Source: Eledone cirrhosa (Eukaryota). Taken from it: a stretch of DNA of 64,000 bases. The notes under the pieces are model-generated. The model saw only the letters and a list, made by a program, of their open reading frames with translations, had not been told where the DNA came from and searched no databases. Of the stretch, positions 25,930 through 40,084 are shown one piece after another. How positions within the stretch are numbered: position 1 is the stretch's first letter; each line of letters starts with the position of its first letter. The stretch spans positions 215,884,001 to 215,948,000 of the forward strand of contig OZ024742.1 in assembly GCA_964016885.1 (NCBI GenBank), written 5' to 3'. Made by a program: the position numbers and the translations under genes.

Positions 25930-28900
25930 GGGGTATTACATCTGTTACTGTTGTTGTTGGCATTACATATGTTACTGTTGCTGTTGGCATTACATCTGTT
26001 ACAGTTGTTGTTGTTTTTCTGGTCATATCTGTTACTGCTGTTGTTGGTATTACATCTATTACTGTTGTTATTGTTGTTGTTGTCATTACATGTGTTACTG
26101 TTGTTGTTGTTGTTGTTGTTGTTGTTGTCATTACATATGTTACTGTTGTTATTGTTGCTGGCATTACGTATGTTACTGTTGTTGTTGTTGGCATTACATC
26201 TGTTACTGTTGTTGTTGGCATTACGTCTGTTACTGTTGTTGTTGGCATTACGTCTGTTACTGGTATTGTTGGCATTACGTATGTTACTGTTGTTGTTTGC
26301 ATTGCATCTGCTAATGTTGTTGTTGGTATTAAATCTGCTAATGTTGTTGTTGGCATTACGTATGTTACTGTTGTTGTTTGCATTGCATCTGCTAATGTTG
26401 TTGTTGGTATTAAATCTGCTAATGTTGTTGTTGGCATTACGTCTGTTACTGTTGTTGTTGGCATTACATCTGTTCCTGTTGTTGTTGGCATTACATCTTG
26501 TTACTGTTGTTGTTGGCATTAGATCTGTTAATGTTGTTGTTGGCATTACGTCTGTTACTGTTGTTGTTGGTATTACATCCGTTGCTGTTGATTTTGGCAT
26601 TACGTCTGTTGCTGTTCTTGCTGACATTACATCTGTTACTGTTGTTGTTGGCATTACATCTGTTCCTGTTGTTGTTGGCATTACATCTGTTAATTTTGTT
26701 GTTGGCATTACATATGTTACTGTTGTTGTTGGCATTACATCTGTTACTGTTGTTGTTGGCATTACATCTGTTACTGTTGTTGTTGACATTACATCTGTTA
26801 CTGTTGTTGTTGCCATTATGTCTGTTACTGTTGTTGTTGGCATTACATCTGTTACTGTTGTTGTTGGTATTACGTAACGTGCAGTTGTTGTTGGTGTTAC
26901 ATCTGCTAATGTTGTTGTTGGCATTACATCTGTTCCTGTTGTTGTTGGCATTACATCTGTTACTGTTGTTGTTGGCATTACGTCTGTTACTGTTGTTGTT
27001 GGCATTACATCTGTTGCTGTTGTTGCTGACATTACATCTGTTACTGTTGTTGTTGGCATTACGTCTGTTCCTGTTGTTGTTGGCATTACGTCTGTTGCTG
27101 TTGTTGTTGGCATTACGCCTGTTACTGTTGTTGTTGGTATTACGTCTGTTACTGTTGTTGTTGGCATTACATCTGTTACTGTTGTTGCTGACATTACATC
27201 TGTTACTGTTGTTGTTGGCATTACATCTGTTCCTGTTGTTGTTGGCATTACGTCTGTTACTGTTGTTGTTGGCATTGCATCTGTTACTGTTGTTGTTGGC
27301 ATTACATCTGTTACTGTTGTTGTTGGCATTACGTCTGAAACTGTTGTTGTTGGCATTACATCTGTTGCTGTTGTTGCTGATATTACATCTGTTACTGTTG
27401 TTGTTGGCATTACATCTGCTAATGTTGATGTTGGTATTACATCTGTTACTGTTGTTGTTGGCATTACGTTTGTTAGTGTTGTTGTTGGCATTACATCTGT
27501 TACTGTTGTTGTTGGCATTACGTTTGTTACTGTTGTTGTTGGTATTACATCTGTTACTTTTGTTGTTGGCATTACATATGTTACTGTTGTTGTTGGCATT
27601 ACATCTGTTACTGTTGTTGTTGAGATTACATCTGCTAATGTTGTTGTTGGCATTACATCTGTTACTGTTATTGTTGACATTACATCTGTTGCTGTTGTCG
27701 TTGGCATTACGTCTGTTACTGTTGTTGTTGGCATTACATCTGTTACTGTTATTGTTGACATTACATCTGTTCCTGTTATTGGTGGCATTCCGTCTGTTAC
27801 TGTTGTTGTTGGCATTACATCTGTTACTGTTGTTGTTGACATTACATCTGTTGCTGTTGTTGTTGGCATTACATCTGTTACTGTTATTGTTGACATTACA
27901 TCTGTTGCTGTTGTTGTTGGCATTAGGTCTGTTACTGTTGTTGTTGACATTACGTCTGTTACTGTTGTTGTTGGCATTACGTCTGTTACTGTTGTTGTTG
28001 GCATTACATCTGTTAATTTTGTTGTTGGCATTACATATGTTACTGTTGTTGTTGGCATTACATCTGTTACTGTTGTTGTTGGCATTACATCTGTTACTGT
28101 TGTTGTTGACATTACATCTGTTACTGTTGTTGTTGCCATTATGTCTGTTACTGTTGTTGTTGGCATTACATCTGTTACTGTTGTTGTTGGTATTACGTAA
28201 CGTGCAGTTGTTGTTGGCGTTACATCTGCTAATGTTGTTGTTGGCATTACATCTGTTCCTGTTGTTGTTGGCATTACATCTGTTACTGTTGTTGTTGGCA
28301 TTACGTCTGTTACTGTTGTTGTTGGCATTACATCTGTTGCTGTTGTTGCTGACATTACATCTGTTACTGTTGTTGTTGGCATTACGTCTGTTCCTGTTGT
28401 TGTTGGCATTACGTCTGTTGCTGTTGTTGTTGGCATTACGCCTGTTACTGTTGTTGTTGGTATTACGTCTGTTACTGTTGTTGTTGGCATTACATCTGTT
28501 ACTGTTGTTGCTGACATTACATCTGTTACTGTTGTTGTTGGCATTACATCTGTTCCTGTTGTTGTTGGCATTACGTCTGTTACTGTTGTTGTTGGCATTG
28601 CATCTGTTACTGTTGTTGTTGGCATTACATCTGTTACTGTTGTTGTTGGCATTACGTCTGAAACTGTTGTTGTTGGCATTACATCTGTTGCTGTTGTTGC
28701 TGATATTACATCTGTTACTGTTGTTGTTGGCATTACATCTGCTAATGTTGATGTTGGTATTACATCTGTTACTGTTGTTGTTGGCATTACGTTTGTTAGT
28801 GTTGTTGTTGGCATTACATCTGTTACTGTTGTTGTTGGCATTACGTTTGTTACTGTTGTTGTTGGTATTACATCTGTTACTTTTGTTGTTGGCATTACAT

Positions 28901-29600
28901 ATGTTACTGTTGTTGTTGGCATTACATCTGTTACTGTTGTTGTTGAGATTACATCTGCTAATGTTGTTGTTGGCATTACATCTGTTACTGTTATTGTTGA
29001 CATTACATCTGTTGCTGTTGTCGTTGGCATTACGTCTGTTACTGTTGTTGTTGGCATTACATCTGTTACTGTTATTGTTGACATTACATCTGTTCCTGTT
29101 ATTGGTGGCATTCCGTCTGTTACTGTTGTTGTTGGCATTACATCTGTTACTGTTGTTGTTGACATTACATCTGTTGCTGTTGTTGTTGGCATTACATCTG
29201 TTACTGTTATTGTTGACATTACATCTGTTGCTGTTGTTGTTGGCATTAGGTCTGTTACTGTTGTTGTTGACATTACGTCTGTTACTGTTGTTGTTGGCAT
29301 TACGTCTGTTACTGTTGTTGTTGGCATTACGTCTGTTACTCTTGTTGTTGGCATTACATCTGTTACTGTTGTTGTTGGCATTAGGTATGTTACTGTTGTT
29401 GTTGGCATTACATCTGTTACTGTTGTTGTTGGCATTAGGTATGTTACTGTTGTTGTTGGCATTACATCTGTTACTGTTGTTGTTGGCATTACAACTGTTA
29501 CTGTTGTTGTTGGCATTACATCTGTTGCTTTTGTTGTTGACATTACAACTGTTATTGTTGTTGTTGGCATTACGTCTGTTACTTTTGTTGTTGACATTAT
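25930..29600. repeat. 27-bp minisatellite (ggcattacatctgttactgttgttgtt), about 135 units, with a 1323-bp (49-unit) higher-order duplication
   Basis: The rare variant tacgtaacgt occurs at 26871 and 28194. The unit order of about 26690-28010 repeats in about 28010-29330. Confidence 0.95.
26498..29597 (-). CDS. Possible Thr-rich mucin-like repeat exon (VTDVMPTTT)n, unproven
   Basis: The frame is open for 3.1 kb, but five of six frames of the unit are stop-free. A 1-nt frameshift lies near 26498, and no signal peptide or domain is seen. Confidence 0.2.
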
Positions 29601-29837
29601 AACTTCTAATTGTACTGTTGTCTTTTTAATTACTTATGATCATGTTGTTCTTGACTTTACATCTGTCACTGATGTTGGAGCTCATGGCAGTACATCTGTT
29701 ACTCTTTTTGTTGGCATTACATCTGTTATTGTTGTTGTTGCTGACATTACGTCCATTCCTGTTCTTGTTCTTGTTGTTGACATTATACCTGCTCCTGTTG
29801 CTGTTGTTACACATCTTGCTGGCTTTTTTTTTGTGAT

Positions 29838-30948
29838 CATTAGATGTCCCTGATGTTGTTATTGCAGTGGGCATTAGATGCCCCTGATGTTGTTATTGCA
29901 GTGGGCATTAGATGCCCCTGATGTTGTTATTGCAGTGGGCATTAGATGCCCCTGATGTTGTTATTGCAGTGGGCATCAGATGCCCCTGATGTTGTTATTG
30001 CAGTGGGCATTAGATGTCCCTGATGTTGTTATTGCAGTGGGCATTAGATGCCCCTGATGTTGTTATTGCAGTGGGCATTAGATTCCCCTGATGTTGTTAT
30101 TGCAGTGGGCATTAGATGTCCCTGATGTTGTTATTGCAGTGGGCATTAGATGTCCCTGATGTTGTTATTGCAGTGGGCATTAGATGCCCCTGATGTTGTT
30201 ATTGCAGTGGGCATTAGATTCCCCTGATGTTGTTATTGCAGTGGGCATTAGATGTCCCTGATGTTGTTATTGCAGTGGGCATTAGATGTCCCTGATGTTG
30301 TTATTGCAGTGGGCATTAGATGCCCCTGATGTTGTTATTGCAGTGGGCATTAGATGTCCCTGATGTTGTTATTGCAGTGGACATTAGATGTCTCTGATGT
30401 TGTTATTGCAGTGGGCATTAGATGCCCCTGATGTTGTTATTGCAGTGGGCATTAGATGCCCCTGATGTTGTTATTTCAGTGGGCATTAGATGTCCTTGAT
30501 GTTGTTATTGCAGTGGGCATTAGATATCCCTGATGTTGTTATTGCAGTGGGCATTAGATGTCCTTGATTTTATTATTGCAGTGGGCATTAGATGTCTCTG
30601 ATGTTGTTATTGCAGTGGGCATTAGATGCCCCTGATGTTGTTATTGCAGTGGGCATTAGATATCCCTGATGTTGTTATTGCAGTGGGCATTAGATGTCCC
30701 TGATGTTGTTATTGCAGTGGGCATTAGATATCTCTGATGTTGTTATTGCAGTGGGCATTAGATGTCCCTGATGTTGTTATTGCAGTGGGCATTAGATGTC
30801 CTTGATGTTGTTATTGCAGTGGGCATTAGATGCCCCTGATGTTGTTATTGCAGTGGGCATTAGATGTCCTTGATGTTGTTATTGCAGTGGGCATTAGATG
30901 CCCCTGATGTTGTTATTGCAGTGGGCATTAGATGTCCTTGATGTTGTT
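29838..30948. repeat. 34-bp minisatellite, about 33 units
   Basis: attagatgcccctgatgttgttattgcagtgggc; units start at 29941, 29975, 30009. Confidence 0.95.
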
Positions 30949-31127
30949 GCTTTAACGTTAATATTTCTAATTTCAATATCACTGCTTCTATCAAACGTTT
31001 TTACTCCTAATATTGATATAAATCATCACCAATTACTCAAGCAGATAACTGCATGACTAAAATACTAAATAGCAATACACACCAAGTATTAAAAAAAATC
31101 ATCAACAACATATGTAATGATAACAAA

Positions 31128-31129
31128 AA

Positions 31130-31208
<79 letters not shown>

Positions 31209-31256
31209 GTTGCTGCTGCTACTTCTACTAATACCACAACCACCCACCACCACCAA

Positions 31257-31318
<62 letters not shown>

Positions 31319-31382
31319 GTCTTTTGCTGTTGCCGCTGTTGCTTTTCTCATTAATTCTACTATTACGAGTCAGTGAGAGAGA

Positions 31383-31455
<73 letters not shown>

Positions 31456-31466
31456 GAGAGATAGAG

Positions 31467-31547
<81 letters not shown>
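31128..31547. repeat. (CTA)n and (GA)n microsatellites
   Basis: Read directly from the sequence. Confidence 0.95.
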
Positions 31548-31550
<3 letters not shown>

Positions 31551-31878
31551 ACTTAAAGTGGGGTAAGACAGTGCTGTTTGTTTCGTTGCTAATGAATATA
31601 AAAGAAGAATAAGAGACTGGCAAGGAAATAATAAAGAAACAAGGTGTTTCGACATTTCTAGACAGAATAATATAGAAAATACGACGTCAACTAGAAGCAG
31701 ATGAAAACTTCGAATTCGTTCCTATTTTCTTCACATTTTATATATAATTATTTTCAACGTTGTTATTTAAAAACAAACAGAACGTATTCGCCAGAGCTGT
31801 GATTCTCTGTATCATTTATGCATACGCACACGCATGCAGACAGAAACAGACACAAAAACGCACGCACACATACATATA

Positions 31879-32239
31879 CAGTTGTCCCCCACTATTCACG
31901 GGGGTTACGTTTCTAGAGCCGCATCGAAGAGTGAAAAGCCGCGAATATTGTACGTGGCCCATAAAAATGCCTATAAACGTAGAAATATAACGCAAATTTA
32001 ATTTAAAAAGGAGGCAGCGTCTTATGCGAAGGGGCGTCTAATAGGCCGGCAAATACGTTATATTGTTATAAATAATTTAGCGTTAAAAAAAAATGTATAT
32101 TACCACGAATATTTCATTAACAAATCACGGAAGATATTTAAAATCCCGCGAATATGCGGTGTTTTCCACGAATAATTACTACTTTGGTTAAAGGAAAATT
32201 CTGCGAACAACCGAGACCGCGAATGTCGGGTGAACACTG
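31879..32239 (+). mobile_element. Tigger/pogo-like MITE
   Basis: TA|cagttgtcccccactattcacgggggttacgtttc ... ccgcgaatgtcgggtgaacactg|TA: Tigger/MER2-like terminal inverted repeats with a TA duplication. Confidence 0.7.
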
Positions 32240-32667
32240 TATATATATACGTATATTAGATCTACGTGTTCGTGTGTATCTAATGTATTACTAAAATTCT
32301 TCAAGTCAGAGTGAGCTCAAAAGGTGATATCACATACTTGTTTATGAAATTGGTTACTTCCAACGTATCAAACACTTTGAAATAGTAAAGTAGAAAATGC
32401 AGGAAACGTAAAACATCTTAAATTACTTTTTGAAAGTTATATCAAGGTATTAATAATAATTGTATATATATATATGTGTGTGTGTGTGTGTGAGATAGAG
32501 AGAGAGAGAGAGTGTGTGCGTGTGTGTGAGTGAGAGAGAGAGAGAAAGATAGATTTGTTCACGTATGTTAAGGGTAAAAATACAAAAATGTCTATATTAG
32601 TCAGCTACATGTCGGGAAGGAAACGGTGATCCACATGTACTTTATCGATTATAGCTTCTTTAAAGAG

Positions 32668-33038
<371 letters not shown>

Positions 33039-33162
33039 TGTACAACATTATTTTATTTAGACATTTAGAAATGACTTCTACATGACAACACGAACTGTTA
33101 CATTCGTATTTGGCCATACCACGATACCCAGCCAGAATCCAACCGTAATATATATATATATG

Positions 33163-33276
<114 letters not shown>

Positions 33277-33458
33277 TATGTATATGTGTGTGCTTCAATA
33301 TGTGAAGTGGAAAGTTGTGAAAGGCAGACTTCACATAACAACACTTGTGAAAGTATTTAATAAGATTATTTTTTTCATTTTCATAAAATCAAACAGATAC
33401 ACAAGCATGCACTCTCAACAACGCACACCTACACACACACACGTGCATCTATCTATCC

Positions 33459-33546
<88 letters not shown>

Positions 33547-33548
<2 letters not shown>

Positions 33549-33664
33549 ATGCCCTAAGGACAGACACTGGTCTGTTGGAGATGCAGGATATGGCAGCGAT
33601 GATGAGGGACAGAGACCGCTGGAGAGAACTCGTCCATGGATCTCGGGAATTTTACCCGCCTTAG
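33547..33664 (+). mobile_element. RTE-like LINE 3' end in (TA)n
   Basis: [29 protein letters not shown]; nearly identical to 59648-59766. Confidence 0.75.
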
Positions 33665-33666
33665 AT

Positions 33667-33742
<76 letters not shown>

Positions 33743-33746
33743 TATG

Positions 33747-33787
<41 letters not shown>

Positions 33788-33830
33788 TGAGAGAGAGAGA
33801 AGTATATATATATATATATATATATATATA

Positions 33831-33989
33831 CGTAGGTCCCGGGTTGAGTCGGGGATAACCACAGTAAGTAAGGTACTCAATACATGGCAGAGTAAAATTT
33901 TTTTATTTTATAGAAGGAGCTTCTACAGGACTAGTACTGTTTCATTAATGAAACAGTACTAGTCCTGTAGAAGCTCCTTCTATAAAATA
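33831..33989. mobile_element. Perfect 86-bp palindrome with a one-sided tail, in (TA)n
   Basis: Axis ctgtttcatt|aatgaaacag at 33946/33947. Each arm reads GAAAC-agtacta-GTC, like a hammerhead 3' half. Confidence 0.75.
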
Positions 33990-34482
33990 TATATATATAT
34001 ATATATTTGACAATTGTGATACCCTAGCAGGTTTGTAAACATATACTTTCGAAGAATGAGATGATGGACTGTTTTTACTACTACTACTGCTAGTGACTGA
34101 ATCAACCTCCCCTCCATTTACAATGGCACCGGGCTTCATCAAATCCTTTGTATTCGAATCAGATCAACAGTTTTATGAACCCAAAACGTACCTATTGAAC
34201 TTCGGAATATATTGTCGTCCAATGCTGTACCTTTCAGCCACTTAGGCGCCAAAACTAAAATATACCCATGACAACGCTAGTCTATGCCAGTGTAGCATCA
34301 GCTGCAGCTGCAGTATCATCAACAATTGCAGCAGCAGTAAGAGTGCCACCATCAACAGCAGCAGTAATATCAGCAGCAAAAAGAAATGGCGGAGGGGAGA
34401 TATGCGTGCCTGTGTATTTATTTGTATGTTTGTACATGGGGGCAATTCCCAGTGTCGTTGACTAATGTAGCATTAGTAGTAT

Positions 34483-34535
<53 letters not shown>

Positions 34536-35437
34536 ATAGTAGTAGTAGTAGTAGTAGTTGTAAAAGCGTTACCGATGGTGATGTTGCAATAGCAGTAGCT
34601 TTGGAAGTCGTAGATATGCAAAATGCAACCACAAACAACAACTTTCAGCCAGTTGATGATTCACAAGGCTGTGGAAGAAACTATTATATATTGATAACAA
34701 AAAAACCTCTCGCAAACCATAACGAACTCCCAGAAAAAGAGAGAAAACATTGAGAAATATAGAAAATAAAGACAAGATGGTCATGGTTGGAATACCTTTC
34801 CGCATTGCTCAGTACAATGATGGTTAATGTTGAGCTGAGCAACAATATAATCGTCTTGACCACGAAGTGAGCTGATTTTAAACTATATTGATAGATATGA
34901 AGATAGATACACCTATGTTGTTTTCAATGAATATATGAGACATAAATACTATATAGGCAATAACTGTTTCTCTATTTTAGGTACAGGAATATGTTATACT
35001 TTATGATGAGCTAAACTACTATTTACATATTGTCGACAACTAATGTAAGTCAGCCGCGATGCTGTCAGCGTTAGACCTTGTGACTGACGATTCTGAGAAT
35101 ATCTACGTTACGACATGAAATTGTTCTACTCTGAACATATGACAGGGGGATATCCCTCCTAGTTGCGTGTATATGCATGGCTGGCCGGCTTCCTTGTAGC
35201 ATCCATCAGAGTATGCATTCGTTAATAGATGCAGTATGAATAGATCGAATATGGCGCGCTCATGCACATATATATACACACATACAGGCAGGCACACACA
35301 CACGTATATATTATATATATAAATATATATATATACATTCGCATGTAGGTTTCAATGTGATTGTATTTTCTTCAAACTACACATACACATAAACACACAC
35401 ATATATATATATATATATGTGTTTATATATATATATG

Positions 35438-35636
<199 letters not shown>

Positions 35637-35659
35637 TATATACATATATATATTTTTTT

Positions 35660-35830
35660 TAACGATCGACTTTCGTCAAATCGGACCGACGAAACAATGT
35701 TTCCGTTGGTCTTTCCAAATGCTAATACTATCTATCGGTCGCAACTCCAGGTAGAAGGAGCAACGTGAAATAAAGTGTCTTGCTCAAGGACATAACGCAT
35801 CGCCTGGTTCAGGAATCGAACTCACAACCG
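35660..35830 (-). mobile_element. tRNA/CORE-like SINE fragment
   Basis: Minus strand ggttgtgagttcgattcctg..gttatgtccttgagcaagacacttt. Confidence 0.7.
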
Positions 35831-35833
35831 TAC

Positions 35834-35891
<58 letters not shown>

Positions 35892-36241
35892 TTGTATTGT
35901 GTAAGTGTGTATCCTAGCTCCATGTGCATATGTATGCAGTTAAGTAGAATGTGCTATCCTTATAAGGTATTAATGCAGGTGTGTATACTTATAGGTACAT
36001 TTAGGCTACCTGTAGATAAGGGTGCGTGCAAGTGTGTGTGTGTGTGTAAAATTACATTACTATATGTGGGTTTGAACAGTATTTGTTTATTTATATATAT
36101 ATATATATATATGCATATGCATACATACACACACACACACACACATACATATTGTATGTATGTATGTAGGCATGAATGTATGTATATGTATGTGGGTATA
36201 TATGTATGTGTATGTATGTAAGTATGTGTGTATGTATATAA

Positions 36242-36313
<72 letters not shown>

Positions 36314-36782
36314 GTGTGTGTGAGTGTGTGCTCAATGAATGTACTGGTGAAGCTGTCTCGTTCCTTTACCATTGATAATATTGATATTAAACAATCGTTC
36401 AATGTCTGCATTGATCCAAGTATATGGCAACTGTAATTTCAGAATATACCTGTCAAGTTGCATTTATGGGAGTATCTGATCATATATGCGCGTGTGTGTA
36501 TATATACGTATTTCTAACATTGTCTATTTATGACTGTTATAATATGTGTCAGCTATATATGCGTCTGTATGACAGAGTGCATCATAATATTTTTTTTTCT
36601 TTTCGCATGCGAGCATATGCACACTTAGTCATTCAGCTTGAAAAAAAAAATCCTTAAAAACACTTAAAATTACTGAAGGAAATCTAACGAAAGATACGAT
36701 GTCATATATGCTCCCTCCCCTTCCATTTCTCAATGTGATTTGTCTCTCGTTTAAACACTTATACATTCACATTCTGCACGCA

Positions 36783-36838
<56 letters not shown>

Positions 36839-36989
36839 AATGTGTGCATATGGATGTGTATTTGCATCCATGCTTATATTTCTACACAGACGCATCCGTA
36901 TATATACACGCACACAGACACACACAATTACATAGACATACACACATACAAATAAAAACACACGTTATATATATATATATATATATTTA

Positions 36990-37512
36990 AACAAAATGTT
37001 CGCTCTCATGGCTGAATACAATAAATGTAATCTAAGTTTTACGAATATTAATAATATCATTCGATTCGTTTGCAATTATGCAAACAAGACTCAATTTTAT
37101 AGCCATGTCAGAAGAATGAACCGTTCATTATTGCTCTTGTGTTGGTATGTGAACAGAACTGCAGACACTAATGTTTCTGGGTATCACCCTTCATCAGTAC
37201 AGCTCACTGTTCACCTGCCGAACTGTCAGATCCAGTGAAAATATATGATATTTTCAAAAATGTACAATGATTGATCGGCCTTATTTGCATATTAGCAGAC
37301 TAGCTGATCAGTCAGATCTGCATAGTAGCAGATCCACTGATCAGCCAGATTTACATATCAGCAGACTGGCTTGTTCACATGCCAACACAAGAGCAAGAAT
37401 AGAAGGTTCATTCTACTGACATGGCTAGGCTATAAAATTGAGGCTTTTCTGCATAATTGCAAACGAATCGAATGTTATTATTAATATTCGAAAATCTCAG
37501 ATTACATTTATC
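36990..37512. mobile_element. Fold-back family C: 135-bp inverted arms, HHR-containing spacer, short tail, in (TA)n
   Basis: 37020-37155 mirrors 37372-37512. The spacer carries an HHR and about 2.5 copies of a 33-bp repeat (37287-37370). Confidence 0.85.
37156..37205 (-). ncRNA. Complete type I hammerhead ribozyme with GUC site
   Basis: gagctgta-CTGATGA-aGGGTgatACCCa-GAAACA-ttag-TGTC-tgcagttc. Stem I is 8 bp and extendable by gtgaacag/ctgttcac. Confidence 0.78.
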
Positions 37513-37528
37513 ATATATATATATATAA

Positions 37529-37607
<79 letters not shown>

Positions 37608-37619
37608 CACGTACACCAA

Positions 37620-37813
37620 TTAAACAAAGTCACAGGTATATATGTGTTTTTGCAACTATTCACGATGTGGCTCAATGAAGAATTAATCATTTAAACAATC
37701 AGAGCAAAATACTATAGAGTAAAGCATGTCCTGAGAATTATTTGATAATATATGTGAGTAGAGATTATGTATATATATTATCAAATAATTCTCTGCACAT
37801 GCTTTACTCTATA

Positions 37814-37817
<4 letters not shown>
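37620..37817. mobile_element. Small fold-back (45-bp arms) with a left tail, in (TA)n
   Basis: atactatagagtaaagcatgt..gagaattatttgataatatat versus atatattatcaaataattctc..acatgctttactctatagtat. Confidence 0.65.
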
Positions 37818-37854
<37 letters not shown>

Positions 37855-37855
<1 letters not shown>

Positions 37856-38060
37856 AAAATGTTCGCTCTACATGGCTGAATACAATAAATGTAATCTCAT
37901 TTTTTCGAATATTAATAATAACATTCGATTCGTTTGCAATTATGCAAACAAGCCTCAATTTTATAGCCATGTCAGTAGAATGAACCCTTCATTCTTGCTC
38001 TTGTGTTGGCATGTGAACAGAACTGCTTACACTAATGTTTCTGGGTATCACCCTTCATCA
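37855..38060 (-). mobile_element. Second family C pLTR, truncated at the hammerhead core
   Basis: Direct repeat of 36993-37196; similarity stops at cccttcatca. Confidence 0.85.
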
Positions 38061-38129
38061 ACCTCACAACTATTATAGCTACGTGCGACTGTGCCCGTAT
38101 GTATATATATATAAATATGCTCTTTGAAA

Positions 38130-38830
38130 TTAACTTGGATATAATTTGTAACAGCTGGGCGCGCTATCCGTTGGGATTCTTCCTTGTGTATCACGTTCTA
38201 TCTAACTCGCACTTCCCTACGTCTGTGTCCATCTGTTAATGTCGCACTCTGCCAAATGTTGTCTTTGTACATACACACACCGACCATATATATATATATA
38301 TGCACATATATGTTCTGCGAATGTAGCAATGAGAAGTCATATGAGATGACAATTATATGGCTAACATCTCTCTTAGATTTGCACAACCTACATATACTGT
38401 CAACTGATAACTTTCCCCTTTTGTGCTATAGGCATTTGGTGGGGATTTCCTGTCTGTAGATTTCCTGTCTGTAGATTTCAAGCTGGTATATTATGAAATT
38501 GGAAGGAACCTTATCAGGCTTTTTGTATAGTTGATATACTCTATGATTAGGGTTCATTGTTCTGAAGGTACCTTATATAACCTTATCAGTGAACGGTTCT
38601 ACATATTTTTATTCCGTTCGATTTTGAATGGAGGTGTTTGGTGTTTCTTGGAGAGGGAGGGATTTTTATCAGGTTTGGTGTGTCTCTTCTATTGAGTATT
38701 CGCTATTCTATCATTGTATTAAAGTTCATGTTCATAAACCGAGCCACGACTTTTTTTTTTTTGTTGAAAATGTTGCATCAGTGTTAGAATCTGGATCTCG
38801 TATCATGACCATCGTCATTGCGTGGGGAAT
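38130..38830 (-). mobile_element. Possible heavily decayed PLE (Poseidon-like) 3' region
   Basis: Minus-strand peptide KYVEPFTDKV..PNHRVYQLYKKPDKVPSNFIIYQL loosely resembles the PLE linker and GIY start. Confidence 0.3.
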
Positions 38831-39349
38831 ATAGCCTAACCATATCCCCATCTATATTAAGGTTTCCCGTAACACTGATTAGTTAGCAAATGCTTACATC
38901 AATCTCTTATAGGTCTTACAATGGCCAGTTCAGCAAACAAACTTTGGCATTAGGCTTGACATAGCAAATATATTAAGGGCAATGTGGTTTTGTTCGCATG
39001 GAATTCTGGTCATTTTCATCGTATCCAAGCTACCTATAATTGAATAGCAGTTACTAGTGTTTTGGGGATTTGACTAACTCTGTAAGTCCTAATAATCACA
39101 CATATAGTACACTATAACAGGCTTTCTGGTAGGCCAGCCATATTACAATTAAGTATCTGCGGTTCTTCACCAGTTATTCATGAAGCATTTTGTTAAATAC
39201 TGGTTTCTCACTGCAACAGTTCTTTTACAGGCTGTCCCCAGTGAAATATTCATTTTTCATTTTCCATTTTTCAATTATCTACTTTGTTTTCCCTACTTTC
39301 CACAAGTTTCGGTTCAACGTAACCCTGTTTGTGATTATCTCGATTTTAC

Positions 39350-39447
39350 CTGATAAGTGGTCCTGCCTTGCATAAGATTCAATGCTTTGATTGATTCGTT
39401 GCACGATCATTTGCCTAACAGAACCACCATGTCTACCCTTAGGTAAT
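39350..39447 (-). CDS. Candidate internal exon of an unidentified gene
   Basis: tttatttag|A acceptor and CAG|gtaaaa donor; one open frame, [32 protein letters not shown]. Confidence 0.25.
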
Positions 39448-39499
39448 CTAAATAAACTTAAATGGTATATATATATAAATATATATATATATATGTATG

Positions 39500-39563
<64 letters not shown>

Positions 39564-39632
39564 CATATATATATATATATTTATATATATATACATACAT
39601 ATATATATATATATTTATATATATATACATAC

Positions 39633-39667
<35 letters not shown>

Positions 39668-39706
39668 CATACATATATATATATATATTTATATATATAT
39701 ACATAC

Positions 39707-39739
<33 letters not shown>

Positions 39740-39834
39740 CATACATAGATATATATATATTTATATATATATACATACATAGATATATATATATTTATAT
39801 ATATATACATACATATATATATATTTATATATAT

Positions 39835-39892
<58 letters not shown>

Positions 39893-40084
39893 CCTCTATG
39901 GATGGACCTGAACCAACCATTTGCGAAACGCGCGTAACAAGTCGAAACATAATAAAAATCTAAATGCATGTAAATGAAACTTCATCGGGCTTAATATATT
40001 ATATATTAAGACCTCATATATATTAAGGACTCATATACTCATATACATGTATATATATATATATATATACTGTATATATATATA

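Noticed and set aside
26498-29602. 1034-aa poly-Leu ORF on plus
   Set aside because: Shadow frame of the 27-bp repeat with implausible composition.
29838-30948. CRISPR-like array of 34-bp repeats
   Set aside because: Units are head-to-tail with no unique spacers, no cas genes are present, and the context is eukaryotic.
34981-35044. Plus-strand coding exon with good splice sites
   Set aside because: Stops in all three frames; at most a non-coding exon.
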